DNA of 61,337 nt, filler included, from Basidioascus undulatus (GCA_000826855.1; 8 parts of 8 records of this genome joined end to end with filler, not necessarily neighbours in it); one strand, 5' to 3'; counted from the first letter of the whole stretch, positions 46,715-60,101 are shown. Program-made: numbers and translations. Notes: a model not told the origin generated them from the sequence alone.

Positions 46715-49700
46715 TTACCCCCTCTGCTCCCCCCGCGCAATCTTCACGTTCAGGGTCTCCAGCCTCCCCCTCACAGCCTCAATCATCTTCGTCCTGCTCA
46801 TCCATCCCACGCACCCAGTCAGCCTCAGCCCCTCCGCTCCTCCCCCTCAGCAGAAACAAGAAAGGGTAACACGCACTCCTCAGCCAGCTGCCTCTCCATC
46901 CTCGCAATCTGCGCCGAGCCCAACCCGCGCGGCGCCGAGCCCCCACCAACCACGTCCGGCGACGCGGCCTTTTGCTTCGCGAGGGCGACGAGCTGCGGTC
47001 GGAGGAGGGCGAGTTGGTTGGAGAGCTGTGTCGCGCGCCGGGCATTCTGTCAGCCGCGCGTGCAAAGGAAGAAAGATAGAAAAAAGGAAAAGGAAGAAGG
47101 AAGATGACCTCGACGCACCCTCGCCGTCCTAGCCTGCAGCGCCCTTCCGCTGCCCCCACCGCCCTTGATCTCCTCTCCCAACCTGCCCAGCTCCGCAAAC
47201 CACGCCTTCTCGAACCCGCTCAGCGTCGGCTGGTGCCTATCCATCAAGCGCTGGAGCACCCTATCCACACGCGCAAGCAGCTCCCTCTGCCTGCGCATCA
47301 CCGCGTCGACGCGTCCCCCCACAGCCGCCGCGCCCCGGGAGCGCATCTCCGCCGCGAGGTGCGCGAGCTCCGCGAGCTTGTCGAGCTGCCGCTCGAGCTC
47401 GCGGACTTGCAGGTCGAGACGCGCCTGGACGGCGTTGGCGGAGGAGACGAGCGCGCGGATTTCCGAGCGAGAACGCTCGACTGTTGTTCCGAGGAAGCGG
47501 AGACTGTCGGGCGTGATTTGGAGGGTGGCCGAGCCACCGGCGAGGGACGACGGAGGGGGGAGGAGGCGCGGCTGGGTGGGCTGCCCGGAGAAGGAAGAGA
47601 GGTTCGCGGGGAGGACGAACGGCTCGGTGAGGAGCGTCGCGTACGAGGGCTCCGTTGTCGTCGTGGTCGTGGTCGTGGGTGCAGCGGTGCTGGGTGTCCC
47701 CGTCGTGGGCCCGCTGATGGAGGGGACGCGAAGGGAGAGCTCGACGGGCACGAGCTGCAAGCTCGCAGTGAGCGCGAGGAGCGAGTAAGCGAGGTACACG
47801 TCGTTGACGACCTCGACCGAAACAACAGGGACGCTCGTGCCCCCGCCACTGCCGTCCGCGGCGCCGCGCGTATCCACGACCCACGCTACCTCGGTCTCCA
47901 GCCCACAGTGCACCGCGCGCGCGAGCGCCTGCTCGTCCGACCCTGCACGCGCGAACTCGCGCAGCCATGGGCGCATCACGAGCGCGTGCACGCCCAGGGC
48001 GTGGTAGACGTATTGCGTGTCGCGGTAGAGCGGGTCGGGGACGAAGGTCGGGTGGTTCGAGGGCGGGGGGGTCCCGCTCGAGGTGGAGGAGCTCAGGCCG
48101 AGGTCGATCGACTCGTACACTGCGAGCGCGGCCGGCTCGGTGCGGAGCTCCTGCACGATGAAGCGTCTGTGAGCGGAAAGAATCTTCGAATGAAAAGGAG
48201 CAGAGCAACTAACCTGCCGAGTCGCCCACCGCGCCTCGACCTTCTCCACCTCCAAACACACATCGACCTTCCCATCCTTATACGCGATCCCAATCACGCC
48301 CACGGGGACGTCCTCGTCCTCCCTCTTCGCGCCCTCGCCTTCGCCCTCCCCCTCCTGCGCGCCCACATAAAACAGGTCCGTCGCCTCGGTCTCCTCGTCG
48401 CCGAGCTCCCTCGGCGCAGGTTGCATCAAGAATGGGCCCTGCCTGAGTGGCGCGCCGACCCCGCGCGGGGGCGCGCACCGCACAGGCTCGTCAGTGTCCT
48501 CCTCCGCCCCATCGTCGTCGGCCTGGGAGCGTGACGCGGCGGACGTGAGCTGCTTGAGGAGCCCGGACGCCCACTTCAGCTGGTGGTTGTACCGCGTGGA
48601 GAGGACGTCGTCGAGCGGGGACGCGCCGGGGAGGACGGACGACGCCTGCGGGTAGAGCGAGGCCGCGTCGGCTATGGACGGGTCCGGCATGAGCTGCGAG
48701 AGGAAGTCGACTTTGGCGGAGGCGAAGGTGGAGAGCGCGTGGGCGTAGGAGGGAGGGACGAGGCTGGACCGACCCCTCTGCGAATTAGCCGCTTTCCCAG
48801 TGGTTCCGAGATGTGGGAAGAAAGACGCACGCATGCTTAGGCATGAATGGGCAGATCGCATATACGTCCCCGTTCCGCATCAGGCCGTAGACGGTGAGCG
48901 GGCCCCAGTCGCCCGTCCCGCTGCCAAGCGTGAACGACACAGCCTCGTCCGCGGCTCTGTCGTCCGCGCTGAAGCCGGCGCGCCGGCGCGGCGGGGAGGT
49001 GACGGAGGTGGTGGAGACTGTGCAGGTCGGAGAGGCGAAGGAGATGGCCTGCTGCGGCTCTTCGGTGTCGGACGAGACGTCGTACTCCCTGTGAGCGTGG
49101 ATATATGAGTGGGGGCTGGTGGGACGCGATGAAGGTGATTGGATCCGCTCACCGAAGGACACCATCAGCTGTGAGCACTAGGAGCGAAGACGCGCCCTCT
49201 CCCCATGGGTGCCAGTCGACCTTGGCGATCTGGGGCGAGGCGTCGACGGCATGGTAGTATTGCCCGACCTGAATCGATCTGTCCTCCGGTCCGCACCACC
49301 TCGTCAGGATCCTCACAATCCCAGGCAAAGAAGGCAGGAGACCGTACCTGCACTCGACGAGGGGCGTCATGAGCTTCGCGTACCCCGCCCGGGGCAGGAC
49401 GACGACTGCGAGCTGGTGCTCTCCAGCGACGGCAAGGAGCTTGCCCGTGCTGTTAAGCGACAGGGTGAGGATGGGGAACCGGATGTTCGGCGTATGGAGT
49501 GTCTGTGCATCCCCATCTCATCCCGCATCAGCTGCGTGCCATCCCTTCCACCCGCAAGCTCGCCGCCCACGCACCTTGTACGCGATCCCGCCCCCGAGCT
49601 CCTTGCCGTTCTTGGCATCCACCAAGCTCGCCATGCGGATCTCGTTGCCGACGGCGACGATGAGGTCCGAATTGCGGACGACCATCGCGTGCCGCCTGGC

Positions 49701-49844
49701 CGACCTGGCCGCCGCCGCCTTCGCGCTTGAAGACGCGGATGGGGCGGCGGGGAAGGCGGGGTCTGCGGCGGCCGAGGAGGGCGTGAAGATGGGGTGCGCC
49801 GACAGCTCTTCGAGCCACGGCTCGGAGATGTATGGCGAGCCCAT
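46715..49844 (-). CDS. NUP82: Nucleoporin NUP82/NUP88 (beta-propeller plus C-terminal coiled coil)
   Basis: HPIF, RNSDLIVAVGNEIR, LNSTGKLLAVAG..LAVVVLPR, KVDWHPWG, WGPLTVYGLMRNGDVYAICPFMP, QGPFLMQPAP, LSGFEKAWFAEL. Confidence 0.85.
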
Positions 49845-50194
49845 TTGGGACGCGAGACGGCGAGGATGCGGGTTGAGAGAGAGATGCGAGCAGCAGGCAA
49901 AGACGCGAAAGTCGCGAAGTGCCGGACGTCGCGCAGGCAAATCCCGCAGAGCGAGCGACTACCCCTGCCTCGGGCTACATGCACAGCAATGTATACTGTG
50001 GTATCAGTTATCGATACAATGCTCATAAATCTGCCATGAGGCTTGAGATTGGGAAGATATTCCCCATCCGCAGATACACAGATAGTTTGCCATTTCATCC
50101 CCATCCCCACCCAATTCCCACGCCCCGTCTTCCCTTGTCTTCCCGCTCCCGATTTCCCGTATCCCTCTCCTCCATACTCATTACAACCCCGAAG

Positions 50195-51221
50195 ATGTCG
50201 CCGCCCTCCCCCAAGCGCGCCAAGACGGAAGCGGACGACGAGCTGGCAGCGGGCGAGCAGATCCTGGGGGAGGCCGCGCTGCTGCACAAGGCCGGGCTCG
50301 CGCTCCTCCAGGCTGCAGCCGAGAACGACCTCGACGGCGTTAGGGAACTCCTCAAGTCGGGCGCGCCGGCGTTCTACCAAGGTACGGTCTGCTCTGGTAG
50401 TCTGTCATGTGAGAAGAGGGATGGTGCTGATGGTATTCGGTGGCACGACAGACCTCGAGTCCGGCTGGTCCGCCCTTCACTTTGCAGCCGAGAACCAGAA
50501 CGCGGAGATGGTGTCGCTCCTTCTGCGCGAAGGCGGAGGTGCGCTTTCTTGCCTGCTCCGGCGCTCTCAGGCAGGACACTGAAGCGGAAAGGTGGACGGC
50601 AGTCTGGAACGGCACGGACGAGGCGGGGCACACCGCGGGGGACATGGCGCTCTCCCTCGGCTGGCTGGAGGGCTACGAGCTCATCCGGGAGGAGGGGATC
50701 CGGACTGGTGCGTCTTCGTTCTCCCCTTACTCCTCCCCTCCGCTCTCACCCTCTTCCCTCCGCCCGACCACCTTCTAACCACTGACTGAGGGGAGCCCGC
50801 AGAGGTCCTCCTGAACCTCCTGAACCGCCGCGCCGAGCAAGACGCCTCCGACCCGGCGTCCAGCCTGTCCGCGTACCTCTCCAGCCCGCTCACGTACGAG
50901 ACCGACGAGCGCGGGGAGGAGCGCGTGCTTGATGAGAAGGGGGATGGTGTGATGATGGGCTGGGAGAAGCCGATCAGTGCGTCTTCTTTTCGACGGACTG
51001 TGGGGGAGGCCGGGGATTGGGGGCTGATGTGCTGGTGTGCGATGCGGATAGTGGAGCGCACTGTCCAGGCTCTGACTGCCGACCACCCTGATGCCTCGCC
51101 TTCGGAGGGCCTCTCGGTCTTGAATGTTGGCTTCGGACTCGGGATCGTGCGTCCCCCCCTATCCATCTCATTCCTCCTCCCCTTTACTCCCCCTCCCCTT
51201 CCTTCTTTCTCACCTTCACCA
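50195..51221 (+). CDS. RMT2: Protein arginine N5-methyltransferase RMT2 (ankyrin repeat plus methyltransferase), 3'-truncated
   Basis: GWSALHFAA, GAVWN..D..G.TAGD.A, GVMMGWEKPIM, VLNVGFGLGI. Confidence 0.92.
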
Positions 51222-51321
51222 NNNNNNNNNNNNNNNNNNNNNNNNNNNNNNNNNNNNNNNNNNNNTTAATTAATTAANNNNNNNNNNNNNNNNNNNNNNN
51301 NNNNNNNNNNNNNNNNNNNNN
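51222..51321. other. Artificial contig linker
   Basis: N44-TTAATTAATTAA-N44. Confidence 0.98.
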
Positions 51322-54300
51322 GTCGGGCGTCGGCCCGCCGCTCCGTGCGAGCTTGTTCGCGGCGCGCTTCTCCTTGCGCTCGCGCTTCTGCGCAATGACC
51401 TCGTTGATGTCTGCGCCGTCGTCCTCGAGAGCCTGCAGTGCTCCAGAAAATCAGCAACATGCCTCGTCGCGCTACGTTCTCAAAATGGGAAGGGCCTGAC
51501 GCACCTGGAGGAACTGGTCTTCCGTCAAGCCGTCGTCGTAGTGGACCGGCCCGCGCAGGCGCGCACCGCGGCCCTCCTCGCCGACGATCTCGTCCTCGAG
51601 CGGGTTGAAAACGTGGTCGGAGCGGTAGATCTCGGGGAGCTCGGCGTCGCTGATGAGCCGGCCGGGGTGCGGGCCCTTATTGCCGGCGTCGCGCCACGTC
51701 TTGAGCTCGTCGCGCTCGCGCTGCTTGTCGATCTCGGCGAAAATGCCGACCTCGGCGTCGCCGCGCGCGATGACCTCGTTCAGCTCATTGTCGTCGAGAT
51801 CGCCCGCCTCCTCCTCCTCCTCGTCGTCGTTGTCGCCCTCGAGAAGGGAGCGCTGAGGAAAGCAAAGCCGACAAGCGATCCATCAGTCCACCATTCATAC
51901 ACAATGTAAGAGGCCGAACCAACGCACCAGGAACTCCTCACGCTCCTCAGCCGTCGACTTGTTGTCGAACTTGCCGGCCTGGATAACCTTACCGTCGATC
52001 TCGAGCTTGTACTGCGCGCGCGCGAGGATCTGCTCCTCGACCGACTTCTCGGTAATGAGCCGGAGGATTCGGACCTCCTTCTTCTGACCGATACGATGCG
52101 CGCGGTCTTGCGCTTGCTGCAAACGGGCGGAGACACGATGTCAATGAACGTCCTCGAGTGGGTAGCGCCGTTCAGACTCACCAAGTCGGCGTGCGGGTTC
52201 CAGTCGCTGTGCAAGTCGACCAACGTCAGCACTGAATCACGCGCTACTTCACACCCTTCCAAACACGAAACCTGCTCACGAGTCGAAGATGATGACCTGT
52301 GACGCACCCCAACCCAGGTCAGCTTCGTGCCCCTTCTTTCGTCTCTCCCGACGCTCAACTCACAGTGTCCGCCGTCTGCAAGTTGAGACCGAGACCGCCA
52401 GCGCGAGTGGAGAGGAGGAAGACGAAGTAGTCGGACTCGGGATCGTTGTACATCTTGAGGAGCTGCGAGCGGTCGTCGGTCTTGGTCGAGCCGTCGAGGC
52501 GGAGGTAGGTGAAGCCGCGCCAGTGCAGGTAGTCCTCCATGATGTTCATGATCGCCGTCATCTGGAAGAAGATGAGAACCTGCAAGTCCCCCCCCCCCGC
52601 GCGCATCGTAAGCCAGTCAGCTCTGCTTTTTATCGATAAAGACAAAGCGGATGTTCCGACGACGTACGCGGTGACCGGTCGCCTTGAGCTTGGGCAGGAT
52701 GCGGTCGAGGAGCTCGAACTTGCCCGCGGTGCGGTAGAGGTTCGCGTCGGACGCCTTGGTCGGGTTGACGGTCGCCTCGACCTGCTCGAAGACGTAGGGG
52801 TGGTTGCAGATCTTGCGGAGCTGCATGATCGTGTTCTGCAGGCCGCGGATGCCCATCTTCTTGCTGCTCGTCCCCCGCCCAATACGAAATCAGACACTGC
52901 TGTCCGTCCGTCGAGGGATACAGAAAGGGGGAGAGGGATGACGCACCCCTTCGGGTCGTTGTTCTCCGCCGCGAGCACGCCGTGCTTCTTCATCTGCGAG
53001 TAGAGCTGCATCTGGAGGCCCGACATCCGGCACTTGATGACCTTCTCGACCTTGTCCGGCAAGTCCTTCTCGACGTCCTTCTTGAGGCGACGGAGCAGGA
53101 ACGGCCGAAGAACCTTGTGGAGACGTTTGATCTGTTTGTCGCCACCGCATCAATGTTCACGTTCTCGGGCGAATGAAGCGACGAAAAAAGGGGAAAGGGA
53201 CGAACGATGAGCAGCGACTCCTCCTCGTTGATCTCGATCTTCTCCTGCGACCCCGTGTTGGCAAACGGCGTGTTGAACCACTCGTCGAACGACTTGACCG
53301 AGTTGAAGATCTTCGGGAGGACGAAGTTGAGGAGCGCCCAGAGCTCGGGGAGGTTGTTCTATCGTTCCCGCCAACATTCATGACCTCGTTAGCATCGACG
53401 CACGAAAAAGAGGAGGAGAGGGGAAGGGAAAGGAAGGAATGAGGGACGAGGACGCACCTGGAGTGGCGTCCCCGTGAGGATGAGGCGGTACCGCGACATG
53501 TAGAATTGAGTGAGAGTTTGCGAGAGCTTGGACTCGGTATTCTTGAGGCGGTGGCCCTCGTCCATGATCATGTGCACCCACTTGTACTTGCTGAGCACGG
53601 GGCGGTCCTTGATGATGTACTCGAACCTGCACGCCCCACCCACGTCAGCACCCACTCTACCTTCTCGCTTTCTCATCGTCCGGCCTATCCCGAACTCAAG
53701 AGAATGAAAACATGGAACGCACGTCGTAAGCAGGACCTGGAAGCCCTGCTGCCTCATGCGGTTCTGGATCGCCTTGCGAGCGACGGGCGGGCCCTTGTAC
53801 ACCTGGACGGCGACGGAGGGCGCCCACTTCTCGAACTCGAGCGTCCAGTTCGTGAGTGTCGAAAGCGGGACGATGATCAGGTAGGGGCCGTTCTGGCGCT
53901 TCTTCTCGATCAGGAACGTCACGAGGGAGATCGTCTGGATCGTCTTCCCGAGACCCTACACATGCCACGTCCAGCCATCAGTCAGAACGTTCGTTCGGGT
54001 CGCGGACGCAGAACGGAGAGGGAGGAGAGGATCGAGGAGGCGGAGCGAGATGGAGGAGGGATGGGGGAAGGTAGGAAAGGGGAGAAGGCAGCAAACGATG
54101 CACCATCTCGTCCGCCAAAATGCCGTTCAAGCGGTTGTTGTAAAGCGAGATCATCCACTGCAAGCCCTTGATCTGATACTCCTTGAGCTGCCCTCCGACG
54201 AGGATCGACGGCTGCTGCGTGACCTTCTCCTGGATCCGGTGCGCGACGGCGTAGTAGTCGACCTGGTCCCCCATCACACCCACGCCGTATCAACGCACGG

Positions 54301-56219
54301 TCCCCTCCGAAGCAAAAGCCCAAGGCCAGAAAAAGGACGGCAAGGAAGGGGCGGGGGAAAAGAGAGAGAGGACTGAAAGCGCACCTTCCCCGTATCCTCC
54401 GCCGCATCATCCTGCCTAATCGCGCCAAACATGCTCTCGTTCGCGGGCCCATCCTCCGTCTCAAACTCCCCAATCATGCCAAGCTGCGCCTGCTCCTCGG
54501 GTCCAATCTCGTTCTGCTGGCTGACGACGGCCTGGGCGAGGGAGTCGAGGTACGCGTCCGTCTGCGAAAGGAGATGGGTGATGCGCGTGTCCTTGGCCGT
54601 GTCGATCAGCTTGAGGTACGCCTCCTCGTCGTCGTTCTTGAGCGCGCGCAGACGCTCCTTCGCGATTCGCTCGATCCGCTTCTGCTCCTCCTTCTCTACC
54701 TCCATGTGCAGGCGCACGACGGCGCGGCCGAGCTGTGTGCCACCCCAGAAACACTCATCAGCTTCCCATTCGTCTCCTGTCGCACGCCCAGCGGAACCAG
54801 CGCACCTTGACGCTCTTCGCGACCGCCTCCCTCCCGGCCTTCTTCAGCCCGTCCCCATGCGCGTTGATACTCTGGAGGTAGTCCAGATGCTTCTGCTTCG
54901 TCTTCTTATCGCGCTCCGTCCGTTGCTTGCGCTCGAGCTGCTCCGTCACGCGGGCGTCGCGGAGCGTCTGCTTCTTAAAGCGCCTGAACGCCGTGCGGTC
55001 CGTCGCGAGCGTGCTGGCGTGCGTCATCGAGTCGACGACGTCCTGCCTGAGCGCCTTCTGGCGCTCGAGCAGGCGCAGGCTCTTCAGCTCGATGAGCGCG
55101 CGCATCTTCGCGCTGCCCTCCAGCTGCGGCAGCTCCGCAGACGCGTTCTCGTCCTTGACGACGGAGGGGTCGGAGGGGGGCTCGTCGGAGATGAGGGATG
55201 GGAGAGCCTCGAGCTCGCGGATGCGCTGCTGCACGCGCGCGTCGACGAAGCGGTTGCGCTCCTCCGCAAGCACGTACGGGTCGAGCCCCATGGGCATGAC
55301 GGAGGGTATGACGAGCCGCTGCTGCTTGGACGCGGCGAGGGACGTCCCGCGCGGGGGCGGGCCCGCCTGCAGGTACGTGAACGGGTGCACGTACGAGTTG
55401 TACGGGTAGATCGCGCTGCTCGTGTCCGTCTCGAGGTACGGGCCCTCCTGCGGCGGCTCGGACGGCGCCGCAGGCTGCGCCTCCTCCACCTTCGGCGTCG
55501 GCGCAGCGCCGTTCTCCGTCTTCGGCTGCGCCTGCTGTTGCAGCTGCTCGCCGTTCTCGGCAGGCGTAGGCGGGGCGGGGCTAGCCTGCGCTACGGCAAC
55601 GGCGGCTCCGACGGTCCGCTCGCCCACGCCGTCCTCGGGCGGCGGGGGGGCGGCTCCGTCTGCGCTAGCGGCCCGCTCGGCAGCGGCGGAAGGGTTGAGC
55701 GCCGCCTGCTGCACGTCGGCGGGGAGGCAGGTTGACCTGTACAGAGAGGGAGAGGGTTGAGAAGACAGTGAGAGGGAGGGGGTTGGAGGGAAAAAGCACC
55801 TTGGGCGGCGGACGCCTGCACCTGCGCCTGCTGGTGCTGCTGGTGCTGCTGATGGGCCTGCTGCTGGCGCTGCATCTGCGCGAACATGCGGAGGAAGCCC
55901 ATGATCTGTACGAGCTCGGGGCTAGTCTGCTCGTTGAAGCCCTGGGACCGGAGCTGTTGCATGCGCTGTATGTCGCACGTCCCCGAAAAGCGACTCCCTA
56001 TCAGTCCCCCTGTCCCTGCGCGCACATGGAAGAGGGAGAGGAGAAACGCACGGCAAGCATAGTCTGGATGCGCTCCTTGGTCATGGACTGCTGGAGCTGG
56101 AGCATCTGCAGCGCCTGGGGCGTCGGCTGGGGCGCGCCCGCCGAGTAGCCCTGCTGCTGCTGCGGGGGCGCGGTGGGCGCCGGGGAGGCGGTGGGCGCGG
56201 AGGAGGGCGGTTGGGACAT
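51322..56219 (-). CDS. SNF2: SWI/SNF-RSC chromatin-remodelling ATPase (Snf2/Sth1/Snf21 type), 3'-truncated before the bromodomain
   Basis: HSA region ([19 protein letters not shown]), [83 protein letters not shown], SnAC domain. Confidence 0.95.
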
Positions 56220-56283
56220 GGTGCTAGGAGGAGGAGGAGGAGGAAGAAGCGCGAGCGTTCGACTGGGGTGTTGATGGTAGAAG

Positions 56284-56383
56284 NNNNNNNNNNNNNNNNN
56301 NNNNNNNNNNNNNNNNNNNNNNNNNNNTTAATTAATTAANNNNNNNNNNNNNNNNNNNNNNNNNNNNNNNNNNNNNNNNNNNN
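56284..56383. other. Artificial contig linker
   Basis: N44-TTAATTAATTAA-N44. Confidence 0.98.
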
Positions 56384-56611
56384 GGTGCACCCGCTCCTAC
56401 CACCCACGACGGGCCGCCCGCGCCCGATCCGGTCGAGGACGCACCTGCGGCTGCTCCGGCTGCGCCCTCCGACGAGCCTACGGCGTCCACCGAGAAGCCT
56501 GCCGCGCCCGTTGAGGAGCCAGCCGCGCCGGCCGAGGAGCTCGCCGCGCCCGCGCAGGAGCCTGCGTCTATCTCGGAGGAGCTCAAACCCGCTCCTTCCA
56601 CCGCCGCTTAA
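56384..56611 (+). CDS. 3' end of a Pro/Ala/Glu-rich low-complexity protein
   Basis: DAPAAAPAAPSDEP..EKPAAPVEEPAAPAEELAAPAQEPA..* with internal GCCGCGCC repeats. Confidence 0.5.
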   Translation, partial: GAPAPTTHDGPPAPDPVEDAPAAAPAAPSDEPTASTEKPAAPVEEPAAPAEELAAPAQEPASISEELKPAPSTAA

Positions 56612-57037
56612 TCGCTCTCGCTCTTCTCCTTTCCCTTTCCCTTTCCCTTTCCCTTCCCTCCCACTACCCGTTACCTTGGCCCGGCCAACGCACACTGACG
56701 CTCTCTGCCATCCCTTATCTCGCTTCTCTTCCTCCTCGAAAGTCTATGTCCCGTCTTCCTTCCTCGTCTGGTCAATCTCTCGAGATCGATACCCATACCC
56801 CATACTCGCGATTCCCCCTCCCTCCCTCACCCCCAGTCTGACATAATCTCCCTCTCCTTATCCTTCTCTCCTTTCCTCTTTCTCAGGGCACTTTGATAGG
56901 AATAATCGATTGAATAGTTGATTCTCGCTATTAGTCTATCTACAGACGGTCGGGACAGACGTGATGCGTTTCCGTGTGGGCGTTCAAATTACAACGAGAA
57001 TCATGCGTCGGCCCGTCCGTGCGTCTGCCTAGGCTTC

Positions 57038-57076
57038 GTTATGCACATGTATACACATGCTATGCATGTGCATAAC
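57038..57076. repeat. Inverted repeat: 16-bp stem, 7-nt loop
   Basis: gttatgcacatgtata (57038-57053) pairs with tatgcatgtgcataac (57061-57076), with one G-T pair. Confidence 0.7.
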
Positions 57077-58069
57077 CCCGTAGTTGGCGGTAACAAGAGT
57101 ATCGACAGTGGACGATGTTCGCGTCGTAAAAAAAAGCCAGGACGGAAGGACACTGGCAGCTGCCCAGCTGCGTGCACGACGGTGAGGTGTTCCCAGTCGG
57201 TGCATGGTGGAATTTGGCGGAATCGTTGACAACAGTCACTTTCTGGGCTTTGCAACAAAAGAACGAACACCGTTGAGCATGTGCAGCAAATGAGGTTGAA
57301 GCAAGTCCCGTCTACATGCTGACAAATTGAACAAGGGAGGCAACGCGAAGCAGGCAGTATGATCAAGGTAGTACTGTACCTTATGAGCGTGTCGGTATCA
57401 GCTAACAGGCTTACAGGACGTGCGGGATCTCAGATAGGGCAATAGAGATCAATGGAGTGCGACGTCCCTGCATTTCGTTGGGTGCGTGCACAGAGCAGGA
57501 GGACACGGCGTGGAGTTGCGTCTGTACAGCGCAATATGCAGGCCGCAGAGCACGGCTTTCAAACTGCACGCGGTGGAGCTGGGGCAGGGGTAGTTGTGGA
57601 ACGTCCAGTGAGGTGCTGGGAGGGGCGGCTCCAATTCGCCGAACATGAAGGGGAGACGACGGCGGAGGCGGGTTGAGGTGGGCCTCAAGGAAGCGGAGTC
57701 TCAGCGGAGAGCGAATCGTGGTGGAACAGAAGCGAGAGATACAAGGGAGGAGCGCAAAGGTGAGGGTACTGCAAAGCACTGCACAACACTGCACTTTACT
57801 GCCAATTCACACACATCAAACAGCTATCCCACCCGGCATTCATGAGTTTCAATTTCCAGGCGACATTGGGGGATAGTCAGCCCATCTTCAAGCCGCCCTC
57901 ACGCTGTATTATGACAAGCTCTCTCCGCGCTACTCCCAGAGAGTGCCTGCGATGGCCATGTCCATAGTTCTATGCCTAAATGGGGATTGAGACGTAGAAA
58001 CGTGGACGATTTCCCCTGAGCGAGTCGGTGATCAATTTCTCGAACCTCCCGCGCTTCATCAATATTAAC

Positions 58070-58772
58070 TCACCTATAAACAAGAATGTCACGCATGAAG
58101 ATGTACCGTCTCAAAGAAGGACTTCCCTTCACAAAGTCCTCTAAGAGCTTAATCGAGGTGGTGTCCACGGAAGCATCAAACAGCGAACGGTAGTTGTAGG
58201 AAGTAACAAGCACCTCGATAGCTGGTAGCGGGGTCACCCAAGCCAGGGCAACGTCCGCAGAAACGGTCTGGAAGCACTCCAAAAGCTTCAAGCAGTGGCC
58301 GTGCCGCGGGTTGAGCTCGGCCCCCGGGCAGACGAGCTCTTCGAGGCGCCTCAAATCGCGAATCGCATTCACCCACGTAGACAGACCTTACTCTCTCTGT
58401 TGTTCTATTCTCCTTGCTACCGGCCCATCCGAAGCTAGGAAGACCCCAAAATTATACGATTGGACAGTTGAGTTCCCTTGCGTGCGCGTGTTCTCCGTCC
58501 ACTCGACTTCTGTTGCGGCCCGAGCGTTACAACTTTGATGCGAGCACGGGCTTGCTCTGGAGCGTGTTGGAGAACGCCTCGAGTTCACATCGGGTAGATA
58601 TGACGACGGACTCGTAGGGCTTTGTGCAAGCGATGGGCAGAAGCGAGCGAGAGACGAGGCAAAGCGAGGCCAGGGTCTTCCAGTCGCTGATTTACGCGAG
58701 TGGGTGAGCGGGTTCGGCAGCAAGCTCGATGACGCCATGGTAGAGCTCGAGAGCAATAATCGGGATGGCCAT
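58070..58772 (-). pseudogene. F-box-like/LRR pseudogene
   Basis: MAIPIIALELYHGVIELA..PLA*ISDWKTLASLCLVSRSLLPIACTKPYESVVI..FSNTLQSKPVLASKL* has in-frame TAA at 58692 and ~58527, and a later frame change to IRDLRRLEELV. Confidence 0.6.
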
Positions 58773-60101
58773 GGTGTAGACAGCGAGTGGGTGAAATGCT
58801 TGGAGGGGATGAGTAAGTGAGCTCAGCGCGGAGGGGGAAGGTGGTGGAAGTGGGAGGGCAAGGTGCTTCCGTCCCGCGCGGCCACAGGGGAAACAAGCGG
58901 TCGCATCGTGTCGTGTGCACTCGGTTGTGGTTTCTGAGACCATCAGCGCCCTCTGGTTACTATTTGAATTTCCTTGTCGATCGTATGTGTGCTCGTCCAT
59001 AATATTATAGAAATTCCGCCAAAAGCCGCCCGGAGGCCACCGCGACAACACGTGCAGCACTGCACGCTATGACACATGCTCGGTGAAGTTGAGCCAGTTA
59101 ACTAGTGATGGAGACGCTTGTTCTGACATGTTATTTGGAGTGAGCAACGTATCTCCAACGAGGTAGGACTATACATTACCGCCTAGACCTAATGGGAGTC
59201 ATGTTGACGAGTGCACTGACGCTGGAGCGGACAATCCGAAGTTGAATTACGGGTCGCAGCAGCAGTTAGCACTTTTACCCGTATCGTTAAAAGTATGCTT
59301 ACCTGGAATATCCCAACACTCGAAAGGTCGTTGTAGCTTGCGGTGAGGTTCAGACTCTCCAGGTCACTCAGCGCGTCGACCAATGCAACCGAGTTGAGCG
59401 AGTTGCGACTCTCACGGCCCGCACGTTTTGACGCGATATCCGCTTCATGAAATAGAGGAAGGCTAGGTCAGTTACATTCTCAATCAAAAGTAGTCCTCAT
59501 TGGATTCGGAACACACCAGTGCCAGCGGCAGAGTCGCATTGTTGCGATAGGTTGCGACTGGATGGCAGTTTGGCTCATGAGTACCTACGAGGATGAGAGT
59601 TATCATCACGTCTTGAAGAAAGTGAAGATGTTTGTTGGAATCCCGGGTGAAAATCCCGCGATCACAGCGAGAAAGGTCTGGTGCGGTACAACCTTACGCT
59701 AAAAATCGCTAAGCGTGGGCAGGTTCCACGCAGGAGCGTCGGAGAGCTCGCAACGCTTCCAGAAGCCTGCCTTTGCTGGATATGTCGATGCAATATGCAA
59801 TCCAAGGCGTGCCAGGACTACATTCGCGGCCATACGGGTTCACAAGGGCGCGAAATGGTGTGGCCACACTGCGTAGCTCGTGGTGGCTCTGCTCTATCTA
59901 CAGGCTAACGAATGTGAGAAGGATACGACTGTAGCGAAGGCTAGGGTGCCATTACATTTGAGATTCTGCCGCGGTGAAGTGTGAGCTGAGAAGCCAAACG
60001 CCAGACCCAGAGGAGCTCTCGGAGACAGACAGACACTTCGAATCAAGCTGGCAATGCATCCGAAAACAACAACCCAGCAATGCAACGCACCAAGGGGCCG
60101 T

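Noticed and set aside
47104..48534. Long antisense ORFs (476 aa here; also 54431-55735, 17210-18046, 60358-61209)
   Set aside because: They are shadow ORFs opposite GC3-rich real genes, Arg/Gly/Ala-rich and without recognisable motifs.
59500..59535. Faint resemblance to an SSU rRNA segment (GGAACAC..CAGTG)
   Set aside because: The match is too short and no flanking rRNA conservation is present.
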